Below are positions 25,788 through 39,131 of a DNA stretch of 64,000 nucleotides, in pieces. This DNA is from Haliotis rubra (lineage: Eukaryota). The notes under the pieces were generated by a model, which saw only the letters and a list, made by a program, of their open reading frames with translations, made no database searches and had not been told where the DNA came from. Positions within the stretch are counted from its first letter, which is position 1. Every line of letters starts with the position of its first letter. The position numbers were made by a program, and so were the translations under genes. Location of the stretch: positions 1,178,001 to 1,242,000 of the forward strand of contig NW_025766814.1 of NCBI RefSeq assembly GCF_003918875.1, given 5' to 3'.

Positions 25788-26154
25788 ATTTGTTTTAGTG
25801 GCATTCTAGAAGTTGGTGGTATAGGGATGACAAGACTTTATGGATGATCAACTTCTTTATTTATTTATAAGATAAAGAGATAACAATAACAAGGGTGGAA
25901 AAAAAAGCATAAAGTAAGTTACATGATGAGCTCCAATAATCATAGCACATCATAGTTATTGTAGCTCATCATATAACTTACTTTATGCTTTGTTTTTCCA
26001 CCCTTGTTATTGTGTTCTCTTTATCTTATCTTGTATATAAACTGGTGTACACCTTCATTCCCCCATATGCTTGAAAACGGTATAAGAATCTATACCAAAA
26101 CGTCGCCATTGTCAAAATGTAGAAGTTGATCATCCATAAAGTCTTGTCATCCCT
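25788..26154. mobile_element. Penelope-like inverted-pair insertion with variant hammerhead
   Basis: Long fold-back centred at ~25945. The right arm carries GC-TTGAAAA-C-GGTATA-AGAATC-TATACC-AAAA-CGTC-GC (26069-26106). 12-bp TSD ATTGGAATGGTG at 25776-25787 and 26155-26166. Confidence 0.8.
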
Positions 26155-26194
26155 ATTGGAATGGTGCTCGGCATTGTCTCCACAAACTAAGAAC

Positions 26195-29100
26195 CGAATT
26201 GTAATACTAACCGTTACGCCTAAACATTTATTATGTCGACGTACTTTTAAATGTTTGCATGATACAAATCCCTTTGTAGTCAACTGGAAGAGTTAAGAAA
26301 AATATCACATTTGAGTTCTGAAGTAGACAGCAGTCCTTTTTCAATCTTTCTGAGCTGACGTGTGTAACTGATATTTATGCAAGCCCTTCAAAGCTCAGTA
26401 TCGTTCATGCAAACACCCATAATGTCCCATGTGAGGATGACAGCCTTTGAATGTATTTGTATAACGGAATCGTTAGTTTCCATCAGCTATTGACAAAAAC
26501 GAAGAGTCGTTGGGTTCAGTAAAATGCTCCAGTTGTGTCTCACTTGGGGATGAGAAACAAGAAGACTTGTTTGCATGTGTTTGCAAGAAGCTGGCACACT
26601 TTGGGACACGGCTTTATTGCTAATGTCTGCAAAAAGACGAAATATGTTTTACCATATGTTTTTGGTTTACATAATACATCGCGTAACGTGTGAGTTTTTC
26701 TAATTTCATTTATCATGGTTTGGTCACGTGTCCATTTTTGTAAGGTTATATGATGAAACATGCACTTATTAATAACTTCTGTCTGTTTCGTGGCATTACT
26801 GCCTCCTAATGGTCATCAGGATATACTTACCTTTTTAGCAAATACCTGCTGTTATCACAAGATATAACTTTATTATCCCGGATTCTTTTTGCAAAATGAA
26901 GATAAAGTCAATTCACAAAAATATACACACGAATTACATGCACAAAGTGAATGCTGGTTACACACATATACATAATAAAACTGACGTGAGTCAATATAAT
27001 TAACCACATAGGTAAAGAGGTTGAATAATTCTAGTAGTTATCACATGATGATGATTCAAGACATTAAGTTTGTTGCATTCACGAATACTGGATGGTATGA
27101 AAGACTGTAGAGCTCTGTTTGTTTTGAGTGAAGGTAATCGAAAGCGCCGTCCAGAAGGAAGTAGTTCTTTGATATTTTACATCATATAATGACATGTATC
27201 TTTTGCACTTTGACCAAACGGACCAATGGTTGATAGCATGCGAACAATTCATGACGTAACATTACATCAGTCCAATATGTTCTGTAAGACATCGGTTAGT
27301 AGGAGTTCATCAGGAGCTAATTCCTTAGGAGCAAACAAGGTGAAATACACACTTTGAGTATCGGTTCCTATAAGTTGTTGAAGCTGTAAGATAAAAAAAG
27401 AACGAGATAACTTCTGGATTTATTTATTCTTACAGAACATAGATCAAGCTTGAAAAAACGAAACTTCGCATTGAAATAAGAAAGAAGGCAACTGGGAATT
27501 TGAATTGAGACTCCATATCTTATCAATTAGATTTTTTTCAGGCTGACAATTCCCTTTTTCCCATTGTCTCAAGCGTGATTATTTTTATGGAATTGTCTGG
27601 CATATTTTTTCCCGATAAAATCCAGGCCCAGCCTAAAACTCAAATAGTCATTCCATTAGAACACAGACACGTGATCACAGAGTATACTTCTCTTATCAGT
27701 TAGGATCACCCGAACATCACACCGTACCATAATAATAACTGACAATACATGACATTTTGAAAGGAACTATCAATTACTACTTGGCCTAAAATGCCCCAAT
27801 ATGTCCATAAACAAATATCAACGATACCCTATAACATGTGATGCTCAGGTTCGATTTTCCGTGAAGAGATTAATCTTAATTCCATGATGGAATGATGAAT
27901 TCGGTTGGAACATAATTCGACCTATATTCTCTGTTACTGCAGACCAGCAGATATACAACATTGATCATGACGGCTTGCACTGCAAGAGTTTGACCCCAAT
28001 TTTTGCGTAGACTCCCCTGGGGATGAATGTTGTCAGACTTACCTACATGTACATAAATAACTCTGACATGATGGTACCAAGCCGCTCTGCTACTGAATGT
28101 CTGTGTTTAGATTCCGAGTAATTCTATTTGAAATGGAGAATGATCCAGAACAAAGCACATTCATCAGCTTAATTGCATCAGGGTTTAAATTCTGTTATTG
28201 GAATCTGATGCAATGTAACCTTTGCTAAAAGGGAAAACCAGTACACGTAATTGTATCTGCACAGCAATTGTTACAATTACTTTGGAACGACTTTATATAC
28301 ACGTGGGATTGCAAGTGTATTATATAAGTGAAATATATAAACAAAAGTTAAATGCAATGCAATGAGACCTTTCAACAGATATAGAGCTTGTTTCAAATCT
28401 GGAAAATACTTGTGCATTGGGATTATCTAGTTTCAATTGTAACCTGCGTTTAGATGAATTTAAAAAGCTAAACGATTTGGAGCAGTCCAAGAGTGATGAT
28501 TTTGAAGCAAACATATTGTGCAATAGAAATTCTGCGTTCCTTGTGTTTTATACAGGCAGCTGACATCCAATCATTAGTGATCTTGGGTTTCTTCCCTTGT
28601 GATATAACTGAAACACTTATTCTTCAAGGCGTATACGGACATCGGGTTTAAATATCATTACGTAATCCCATTATACACCTCGCACATCAAGCACAAGTTG
28701 GACTTGGTATAAGGCCAAATAAAAAAATGTTGTGGTTCCGATTACACCTCTTTAAAATTTAGGGTAGGGAGGTTGGAATTGTTTTTTGTTTACTAAGTTA
28801 AAAAATGTTCATATGGTTCATAACTTTATCTTTATTTTTTCTCTTATGTTACTTACCGTGAAGAATTGTCTTTTGCTGTTCTTTATTGTTGTCAAATACC
28901 TTGGGGAAAAATACTGGAATTGTAATTGGCCAGAACGGCGCACGTGTGATACTGACGTTGCGCGGCGATAACTGTTCGCAGAATACATATTCTTGTCAAA
29001 TGTGCTTAATATAAACTACCGACATTGATACTATAAGTATACATGCATTGAATAGCTTGCTCTAAAAAAAGTCAACAAACAAATGTACATAAATTATTCA

Positions 29101-30043
29101 TTCACTGCAGTGGAAGTGTTTAAATTCCTGTGCAAATATGAGTTTATCTACATTTAAGAGTAATATATACTTTGCTGACCTGTATGTCTGTCTAAGCACC
29201 TGACAAGTGGATATATAGGTACATGATTTGAACTTGTTCCTTGGCAGGAATACCATGCTCACGATAACACGGTATAAATGTCATACAGTTCGGGAGTAAG
29301 ATAGGAATACTGTCTTTTCTGTCGAAACCCCTAAAATGTAAAGATGAGAGAGGTCAGCAAAAAAATTCCAAAGGTGCCTAAAACATAACGTCAATTCGCA
29401 AATGGCTTAATGTATCAAAAAGGGTAAAACATTTGAAAAACATTACAGCCTTCAAGTGTTTTCAAATGAAGGAGCATAAAATGTTACTCCCTTTGAAATC
29501 AGATCCTTTATTACGCAGTCCCGCTTGTGCATTTGATTAACATGGGGCATCTTCATCTGCCATTTCAAATTATACGATTTGGTTTATTAGAAGCGTTGTC
29601 AATCTTTTTCTCTCACAGGACATCCTTCAGTGTCAGTCAGAACCACGGGGAAATTACTTTTTGCGAATAAGACTTATTGTTTGCAGCCCATCACGTGGTA
29701 GACAACTAGAGCATTTACCAAACCCGTCGACCCTAGGGTTTATGTCAATCGCTGATGGAAACTAACGATTCCGTTATACAAATACACCCGAAGGCTACCG
29801 TCCTCACATGGGACATTATGGGTTTCCGCATGAACGATATTAACTTTGAAGGACTTGCATAAATATCAGTTACACACGTCAGCTGAGAAAGATTGGAAAA
29901 GGAGCTTGCTGTCTACTTCAGAGAGCGAATTTGACTTATTTTCTGAAGCCTTCCGGTTGACTACAAAGCAATATGTATCATGCAAACACTTAAAAATACA
30001 TTGACGTAATTTCATGATTTTTAGGCGTAACGGTTACAGTTCG
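26195..30043. mobile_element. ~3.85-kb segment bounded by ~300-bp imperfect inverted repeats (long-TIR / foldback DNA element)
   Basis: 26195-26495 is the reverse complement, with mismatches, of 29743-30043 (e.g. TGTATAACGGAATCGTTAGTTTCCATCAGC vs GCTGATGGAAACTAACGATTCCGTTATACA). No TSD identified. Confidence 0.7.
27040..27240 (-). mobile_element. Rex1/Babar (CR1-group) LINE 3' fragment
   Basis: Minus strand encodes KELLPSGRRFRLPSLKTNRALQSFIPSSIRECNK, matching the LLPSGRR...T.R...SF.P..IR..N C-terminal signature. Confidence 0.7.
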
Positions 30044-32449
30044 TTGGAAGATACGAATTTTCCTGATTCGAACGGACAGTTCAGTGAGATGTGTAACTTG
30101 GACCCTTTGTCATGGTCCCTCTACCATCATTCATTTTAGCTGCCATTAATTGCTCACAGTTTTCATCCTAAAGCTTTGAAGTCAATACGAAAATCTTTAT
30201 TGAACGTCTCCAACAAGGCATGCTGTTTTGTCAAGCAGTTCAAAGATCTAAGTGGAAAGTCCTAAGTGATAAATGTTCTCAAGCATTAGGATTTATTTCG
30301 CATTCCTTAGTGCTTAGATAAGTGCTTAAGTAAAATTGAAAATATCACAATTGCAGAGTTATAGCCCTTTGTTATTACGAAAACCTGGTCACAGTAGTTT
30401 TATTTGATTCAGCCATCGGATGTTTTCAGTATGTAGTTATCGATTAAGGTTGCGTTTGTGTGAAATTCGGATTGAAAGAAACCCCTGAAGTCTAGAACTG
30501 ACAGTGCTGTGTGATAAAAAATATACTTGCATTGTTCTCGATCGCTCTAGTATCAATCATGTCAAAATAATCATAAACCCGTGGGACTTCATGACGTACA
30601 GTCTCATTGGTGCCATGAAAGTTATGACGATATAACACAACTTTCCTTCCACTTTATTCTCCAGCAGTTCCCTGACCTAGATTCCACTGTCAGATTTTTA
30701 TGATCTAAGCCTGAACTTTACCATACAAACTTCAATAATATGATCACTCCACAAGTGTTATTCAACGGAGGCGGTATTGAATGCTTATATGGGCAATCTG
30801 TCATATGGGTCTTTGCTTTTGAGACGAAATGTCCTTGCAAGTGGTTCAGTCTACACTCCAGATATAACAGCTATAGATAAGCCCTAGTTCCCTAGACAGG
30901 CTCATTAGGCAGCACAGTGACTACAAACATACCCCAAACATTTACCCCATTTCAACCTTCATGCGAGCATTGATTGGGCGTCTTTTATCAACGATTGCAT
31001 CAATGGGAGAGCCTCTTGTCAAGAAAGCTGTGATGGAAATTGAGTTCAATAACCATAAAACTAGACAAAAAGAGTCGACAGTTTCTCAACACCAAGTGTC
31101 CCCGGTTTCCAATGGTCTTTGACAGCTCAAATCCATAACCACATTGAAACCAGTCCTTGTCCCGGTAACCAAAGATCCTTGCCATGGTTGTTAATTGATG
31201 TTTTCTACCACGTATCACTTTCGTTCTTCTTCAAGCGCCACCAAACGCTGGTGAAAAGATATAATCGGACACATTCGGCTAATGCACAACTCATCCAACA
31301 CCAGAAATCAACTATGTAAGGAATCTCAGTCGTGAGTGGGGAACAGCACGTTCTAAAGATTAGCCCAAGGCTTCCTTAGACTCTGCACCCATTGATCGAA
31401 CACAAGACAATCTTTGCACCATTTTCCAATATGTCATCCGAAGCCGAGATGGATCACTGCTTGATATTAATCAAACAAAAACAATTACTTTGCTGGTAAA
31501 CGTCAGATCACTTGTGATTCATAGAGGATATTGAATGAAAAGAGGTGGCACAGAGGGATGTCTAGACTTCTGTCCTTGCACAGACCTGGGATCACGAGCA
31601 AAGACATGGTGAACGAAAACTAGCTCTGCTTACTATACGCTCCAATAACACAGATCCCTCGTTGAGGATTATCAAGTTTATTAGGTTCCTTTGACATTTT
31701 CTCAAATGCATGATTGGTTTCCTGTCACAGTAAACTAATTTCTACTACTGACCTAACGTACCCGTGACCTGTCTTTGACACATCTTCTATGTTATCATGA
31801 TAAACATGCCCACCAGCGAACCCCTAACGATAACATGGCAAGCCCACAAAATAGGCATGGATGTCGTGGCCCAGAATGCAAAACCCTAACTTTTCTTTAG
31901 AGCTGACAGAAATTCAAACCCTGGTAGTCTTTGTGTTAATTTCAAGATTCCAGAACGATATCCAATATTATGTTCCAAGCTGATTCCGTATGACCTATTT
32001 AGAAAGTTGGCTCTTCGTTATCAGTAACTGATGCCGAAACCTAGGCTTCCTGTCTGCATCTGATATTGAAGATGTCTGAAATGTTTACCGTTGTTACATT
32101 TCTATATTTGTTGCAACTCGACGTATCAACGAACTAGTGAAATGTATATTTTAAACAGCGTCATGTTATGGTTTAATGAGGTCTGTGAATATGTTCTGCA
32201 AACAGCACATTCTAATTGAAAGGAATTCATATTTTACAGAAATCTACATTTCAGATCAATAGGCATTAATCTGTCCTTCAGTACTTGGTGTTTGAACCGA
32301 TATTATATATGTAACATGCTTTACTTGGTACCGCCACTAATGAAGTGTTACTCGTGAATATTAGCATTGATATAATTAGAGGCCCACAGGGGGGATACCT
32401 AAGAGTGCTGAATGCCTTTCTGAGTGCGTTCAGTTAGAACATGAAGTTC

Positions 32450-35400
32450 TCATTGGCAGAATCAGGAGTGAAAAGAGGAAGTAAAATTGAAATATCATTC
32501 CGTCCCATTTAGTTACCCTAGTTTGTTGTTCTCCTCACTGACAGGACGTCAAATATCATACTCGCCAGATGTAGGCATATCTACGTGATTCAGAGAAGTT
32601 CGTAAATGTGACATTTAAAAAAATACCACATATTGGACCCATTATGGTGAGTGGAAAATAAATCGGCCAAAATCGATGCGTTAGAACTATCAGCTTTTGG
32701 CCTTACTCTAAAACCTGAAGATATGTCCATTCCTCGTTGGAACGGTATTAAAACGCTCCAGGGGAAGCCGTAAAAAGAGTTCCATTTTTCTGTGTTCAGC
32801 AGATGTATCACTTAATCCCTGACCTAAAAATGACCATAATCCTGATTACAATCACACAAGAGATTTTCACAGGAATTATTTGAGAAAGTGGATTTTCAAA
32901 ACGTGTTTTGCAATCTCAGAAAACAACTAGGTTTCATTATGTCATAGGTTTGAATCTTCTACTTTGTTCCACTATCCTATAGGATAAACTTCGGCAAAAA
33001 CGTCAATTCTTGATCAATGGGGTAAAGTTCTATGATAACCATGATCACATATATAAAGATCATCCAGATGATTTCTAAAAATCAAAGCAATGGTTCTTTA
33101 AAGTTACTTAGAAACATACAATGAATCGTTAACATTTGAGAGACAACATTTAGGCAAGAGGTGGGCCACCCGTAGCCACTAGTTGACCTCTCCTGCTAAT
33201 ACGTTTCTTCATCCACAGAAGTCACAAGTTCTGGTCAGATCAAAAATGTAAGTCAGCGTCATACTTGTCCACGGTAAAGTCATAACACACCGTCATAATG
33301 AGGCCCATCCAATGAATAATTATGTTCATCATTAATAAGGGTAAGGACAAGGATTCTCGTTGTCCGTATACTCTCACGACAAACATCATGTTGCTTGGAA
33401 CATCAATGGGAACGCCGTCATGTTTTTTTTGTCCAGAAATGTCCAAAACATGTCTTGACAGATGTAAATGACAGATGTATGGAAGTTATCCATTATATGG
33501 AACATATATGCTTTGTCTTAAACTCTCTGAACTAAGGATCTCTTTCGTCCACATATGTCTGTATGTGTCCCAAAGAGCATTAAAATTTCGTTGATATATT
33601 CATAGGTAATTTCCTCTACATTTCCCCCCTGCACCAGAAAGAGCAGTGTTTCCGTACATTAATACCTTCCCAAAATGGACCGTCACGTATCTGCAGCAAA
33701 ATATCATATAGCGTTAATATATCAAGCTTTCCCATACACGACTGTTCTCTGTACACGTGATCACAGTACTTAACATCACGAAGACCCGTGATAGTCAAGG
33801 GATACTCTGGTACCGCCATCATCTTTCCCAGTTTCGGGTCATTATGACCGGGAATATAAATCAACAGTTCTTTGTCCCCATAAATCCTTAGGGAATATGC
33901 ATCAACCTTTTTTTCGAGTTTGGGTTTATGAAAGATTTTGCCGAGCATTTTAGTGTTAGTTTTAAGACGTCTTTTATTGCAGATCAGCCATTCAGCGAAA
34001 GGGATGTTTATCTCAAAAACCAGAAGTTAATATCCTCAAATGTCGCGAGATTGTGAACTTCTTTAAGATTCTACCTCATCTTTCATTCTCATGTATCTTT
34101 CTGTGACACTTCCTATTTCTCTAAAGGCCTTTACATTACCCGTTTTAGCTAAGATCTCTTTTTCTTTTAACAAAATACGTTTTTGTACTTTGGTTGCTAT
34201 GTAACGTCGCACTCAGCAAGTTTTCCAACTATATGACGGCGATCTGTAAATAACTGAGTGTAGACAGTCAGATGTTTGACATCAGCGTTGGTGTACGGAG
34301 TAGGTTTACGATGACATACATGTCACACAACCGTGTCCTCTAGCTTGACCATCCAATCCCTGTAGTCCGCCTACAACACACATGGGTTGCTGAAGAACAA
34401 GTCCAACCCTGACCATCATGCGAAGATATTTTACTATGCGTTGTAATCGTCAGTCTTAGCATATATTTTGAAACTGAATTATCACCCTTGAATGCGAAAA
34501 GCCCAAAGTATTTCCATGTTCCAATGAGATCTCTTCTGAAATCAGAGTACAAATTTACGAATTCATGAGCATGCGTTTGCGAATCGCCATATGACATAGT
34601 GATGATATCATTCGAAACGTCGAGCGCATCTTGCCCAGTATTGGCAAAAGGTTTTGGACGCCGTTGATGGAAACTAATCGCTATGCTGAAACTTATATTT
34701 TCTGTTCACACATCAACGATAATAACCGTAACTAATCTTGACCTTTTAACAGCTGGATGCCGTTGTTGATCACTGTTGGTCTGAATCTGAGAGTCCCATA
34801 AAGATAAGGTTAAAATTTGTTTCAACAACCATGCTTCTCGTAAGAGGTATCTAACGAGATTAGCCGTCAAGGTCCGGTTAGAATATTGGCCTTCAGTAAC
34901 CCATGCTTGTCCTAAGAGGCGACTAACGGGATCGGATGGTCAGGCTCGCTGACTTGGTTGACACATGTCATCGGTTCCCATTTGCGCATATCGATGCTCA
35001 TGCTGTTGATCACTGGATTGTCTGTTCCAGCCTCGATTATTACAGACCGCCGCCATATAGCTGGAATATTGCTGAGTTTGGCGTAAAACTAAACTCACTC
35101 ACTCACTCTAACGAGATAAGTTTGTCAGGAACGATGTCGTAATTGGTGCATGTCATCGTGTCCCAATTAAACTGATGGATGCAGATGATGTCATTGTCTG
35201 ATATACGCGTTGTTTTTAACAGACACCAATAATGGCTGGCTGGAATATTACGTCAGTCAAGAAACAAGCGACCTGATTACGAAAGCATGACGAGAGTTCC
35301 CAGGTATTCGTTAATGTAAGAAAGTGGAACACATGTTAGATGCAGGGCCTTCTTATTACCCGGTAGGTCGCACGGTGTTTTTGTGGCATCTGGCATCAAC

Positions 35401-36930
35401 TTAAACTTCGAAGTGTATACAGTTACCAGAATATGCTTGTAATTACAGATGCAGACTTTGACATAAAATCAATCCCTTTCGCCAAACCATGATCCCATAA
35501 TGATCTCTCAATCCATCACTTCCAAATAGATGTGATTGGAACATCAAACATCATGTCGATTGGATCGGCTACAGAATTTGATGAGTCATTGACAATAAAC
35601 TCAAATATTTACAAATCTGGAGAAATGAGTAATTTCAACGTTAAATAATACATGATGGAGTCTGAGAATATGGCCTATGGGCCGTTCAATATTAAAGTTA
35701 CTGACGATTGAATTGCACCCAATTTAACGTATCGTGTGTACAAACACATTGTCAAATTTTCAGAGGAGGTATTTGCATATAAAAACCAAAAGGCCGCAAC
35801 GACCTATCCTATTTGGATGTATTGACGAACTGAAAAAGCAATCCAAAGGCGTTTAGACAGGAATAATTGTGTAGATTCTCAAATGCGACAGAATTCATCC
35901 TTTGGTGATGAAAATAGTTTAAATACCTGGGTCGTAATCATACATTGAGATATTACGCTTTTATCTTGAAGGAAGTCTTTTCCCATCACCACACACCCAG
36001 AAGCAGAATACATGTAGTCTGAAAAAGAACTTATACATAATATAAATGTATGGTAAATGAATATCGCCGCTGATGGTGATGTCCTGACTATTGTTGATAC
36101 ATCATCACGGTGTATTGCTGCAGAGTGTATTTGTAGTTTTATTGTGTTTTATTTCACAATGAGAGCATGTTAGCTTTGCACTAGATTGACTCTGTTACTT
36201 ACTCCTCTTCAGGAAGAAGTCTTGAAGAGGACTTTGGGAGAACGTATGTCCATTCCATTTTGAATCCAACGATCAATGCAATGGGACAAATGATATAAGA
36301 ATGATATATTTATTATCATATTAAGACAATCTTAATCTTCATAAAATCGGAAATCTATCATTACTCGGAATGTCTGTACCATGTCTACCAATTTACAGTT
36401 TTAACGCTTAGTATTCAATCACACAATATATTGCATGAAGACCCTTTTCAGTTACCCAAATTTCTTCCTTCAGAATTTGAAATTGAACTTCGCCCAACGG
36501 CCATGTGAGAGGATACATATAAGTTGGCCGGATGAGTTCTTGTATTGGGATTGCTGAAACGTTTCCATATGTGTGTCTAACGTATTTATATAACCAATGG
36601 AAAGAAACCGCCACAGAGGGGAACACAAACTACCAATCTTGCAAGAACATGGCTCTGAAGAAAGGATGTGGAGAAAAATCGATGGATCAGGATTACCATT
36701 ATCTTCTCAACCCAGGCCTTTGCTTGTCAAGATTGCATGTCCAGTTAGCCATACAACTACTCTTTCAGTGATGCCACACATGATGCGTCCGTAGACAGGG
36801 CGATGTTTTGCACATGAATTTAATAATTAGCTGCATATGGGGACTTCGTGGATGATACATGTATAATGGACGATGCTCCAGCAATAGCAGGACTATCTGT
36901 AAATAATCGAATATCAACAATTGACTGAAA
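32450..36930 (-). pseudogene. Decayed coding-like region, possibly tandem NAT16/histidine N-acetyltransferase-like (GNAT) remnants
   Basis: ORF fragments 33616-33948 (SLRIYGDKELL..HNDPK..TITGLR), 33240-33446, 32590-32811 and 36408-36626. An M(M/I)F(D/V)V motif recurs near 32550, 33385 and 35550. Similarity was judged by eye only. Confidence 0.25.
34862..35106 (+). mobile_element. SINE-B copy nested inside an older SINE-B
   Basis: TSD TCTAACGAGAT at 34850-34860 and 35107-35117. The older copy runs ~34795-34860 and resumes at 35118-35265. Confidence 0.88.
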
Positions 36931-36958
36931 CCATGAGTCAAGTACCAGAGACGTGTGT

Positions 36959-37196
36959 GTGAGTGAGTGAGAGTGAGTGAGTGAGTGAGTGAGTGAGTGA
37001 GTGAGTGAGTGAGTGAGTGAGTGAGTGAGTGAGTGAGTGAGTGAGTGAATGAATGAGTGAGTATAGTTTATTCCAGCAACATAACGACGGGGGACACCAG
37101 AAATTGACTTCACACATTGTACTCATGTGGGGAATCAAACCCGGGACTTAGGCGTGACGAGCGGACGCCGAAACTACAAGATTACCCCACCACCCC
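36959..37196 (-). mobile_element. SINE-A with expanded (CTCA)n tail
   Basis: Head at 37196; tail (GAGT)n at ~36959-37062. Confidence 0.9.
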
Positions 37197-37647
37197 ATCA
37201 GGGACGAACACCTGATCCAGTATGATGACAGACAGCAAGCAGCAATGGAGTGTTAGGATCCTGTTCTTTACCTGATAGCTGGGTGAAGGTGTTGAAGAAA
37301 TGAAGGACGGGGTGTTAGGATATAAGCGTAACAGGCCTGTGGAAGTGTGGAAGGCGTTGCATCACTGTTAGGAAAGTTGTGAAGGTGTCCAGGTGGTGTT
37401 TTTGGAAAGCATGGTTTTGCAGACATGATATCAAAGTGGTTTAGAGGTTGTTTCGGGAATTAGGATTTGGTGGTGACCACTGTGACGGACGAACATGTAG
37501 GAAATGTCGAGTGAATTGTTTTTGTCTTTTAACCAGTGTAAATGCACATACAACACGGACGTCTATGCCTCTCTCTGAAATAAATTAGAAATATGTGCGT
37601 ATTTGTAATCTGACGCTGGAAATCCAACACGTCACACTGAAGAAATA

Positions 37648-38932
37648 CAGTACAACCAGAAATTATTGAGAATTTAAAGATTGTAATTTTATATATTTTT
37701 TTCACTCATTACTCACTTATTGTGAATATTAGCAGAACATAACTCCAGATTCAAAGACAGGTGAACAGTTAGTATTTTGTCAAGTCACCATGGGCAGCAA
37801 TGCAGGCTTCAATGCGGCGGGGCATACTACTGATCAAAGAAGTTAGAAAGTCGTGGTCCATGTTGTCCCAATATCGGACCACCTCTTCTTTCATTTCAGC
37901 AATATTTGTCAGATTTTTCTAACTGACACTTTCCTTCATAAGTCCCCAAACATTTTCTATTGGATTTAGGTCAGGGCTATAGCTTGGCCAATGTAATAAT
38001 GTCATATTTTGGGTCCGAAACCAGGCCTGTGAATGCTTTGAACGATGTTTTGGGCCGTTGTCCTGCTGGAAAATCCAAACATGTCCATAGAACACGTGAG
38101 CAGATGGAAGTAAATGTCCCTCGAGAATATCTGTGCACCGCTCACTGTTCATATTCCCTTCAAACACACAGAGGGGCGTTGCCCCTAACACAGATATGCC
38201 ACCCACACGTTAAATTTCGGACTGTACTTTGGGCGCTGATACAAAGGTTTGTTTGGTCCAGAATTCCAGTGTATTAGGAAACAGCCACACAGAACTTTCA
38301 TCTGAGAAAGTCACATTGTCCCAGTTACAATTTCTATGCTGTAAGCACCAGTTCAACCTTCGCTCCTTTTGTTCAGGTTTCATGATCGGTGATGGAATTC
38401 CTCGACTTTTCTGCCAACCCATTGCATGCAGCTCAGTTCTAATTGTCTACATACAGACAGCCACCGTTCCTCTATCAATCATATCCAGCCTTAAGTTTTC
38501 TAAACTCCTTCGTGTGTTTTTAGAAACAAGAATACCAAGCCGCCTCCTGTCACCGACAGTCAATTTTCTGGGCCTACCTGCGCCTCCCTGGTGCTCAATG
38601 CCATATCCATTTGTAATATTTTTCAAAACACGATAAACAGTGGACAAAGGGATGCCTGTTCTACTTGAAATCACTTTAGCTGATCTGATGTCCTTGTTAT
38701 AATACTCTAAAATCAACTTCCTCTTCTCTAAATCATCCATACTGAGGATCACTGAAAATGTCGTCTGCTAGCAAGTAAAAAAAGGGGTAACCCTTCACAA
38801 ACTAATGAAAAAGGATTAACGGAGTTGTCTTTCTTGAACGAAACCAAGCACTTGATAGCTGGTCAAGGTTGTTTATGCTAGAAATCCAATTAAACATATT
38901 CCTAAAATTCTCAATAATTTCTGGTCATACTA
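37648..38932 (-). mobile_element. Tc1-family DNA transposon, full length, inactivated
   Basis: 28-bp TIRs CAGTACAACCAGAAATTATTGAGAATTT / AAATTCTCAATAATTTCTGGTCATACTA, flanked by TA at 37646-37647 and 38933-38934. Confidence 0.95.
37769..38740 (-). pseudogene. Tc1 DD34E transposase, disrupted by stops/frameshifts
   Basis: HTH with GRPRKLT, FSDES, QQDNGPKH...SPDLNPIENVW (34 residues between D and E), ending GDLTKY*. Split over ORFs 38447-38752, 38210-38422 and 37919-38206. Confidence 0.93.
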
Positions 38933-38983
38933 TAACTTAAATACAAAGATGCACAGATGTCTATAATGTCTCTTACTGAAAAA

Positions 38984-39131
38984 GGGGCGGCGGGGTAGCC
39001 TAGTGGTTAAAGCGTTAAAGACCCGGGTTCGATTCCCCATATGTGTACAATGTGTGAAGCCCATTTTTGGTGTCCCCCGCCGTGATGTTGCTTTAATATT
39101 GCTAAATAGCGGCGAAAAAACCACTCACTCA
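38984..39131 (+). mobile_element. SINE-A copy (short deletion in head)
   Basis: TSD CTCTTACTGAAAAA at 38970-38983 and 39132-39145. Confidence 0.92.

Noticed and set aside
37769-38740. Active Tc1 transposase
   Set aside because: In-frame stops and frameshifts split it into at least three ORFs.
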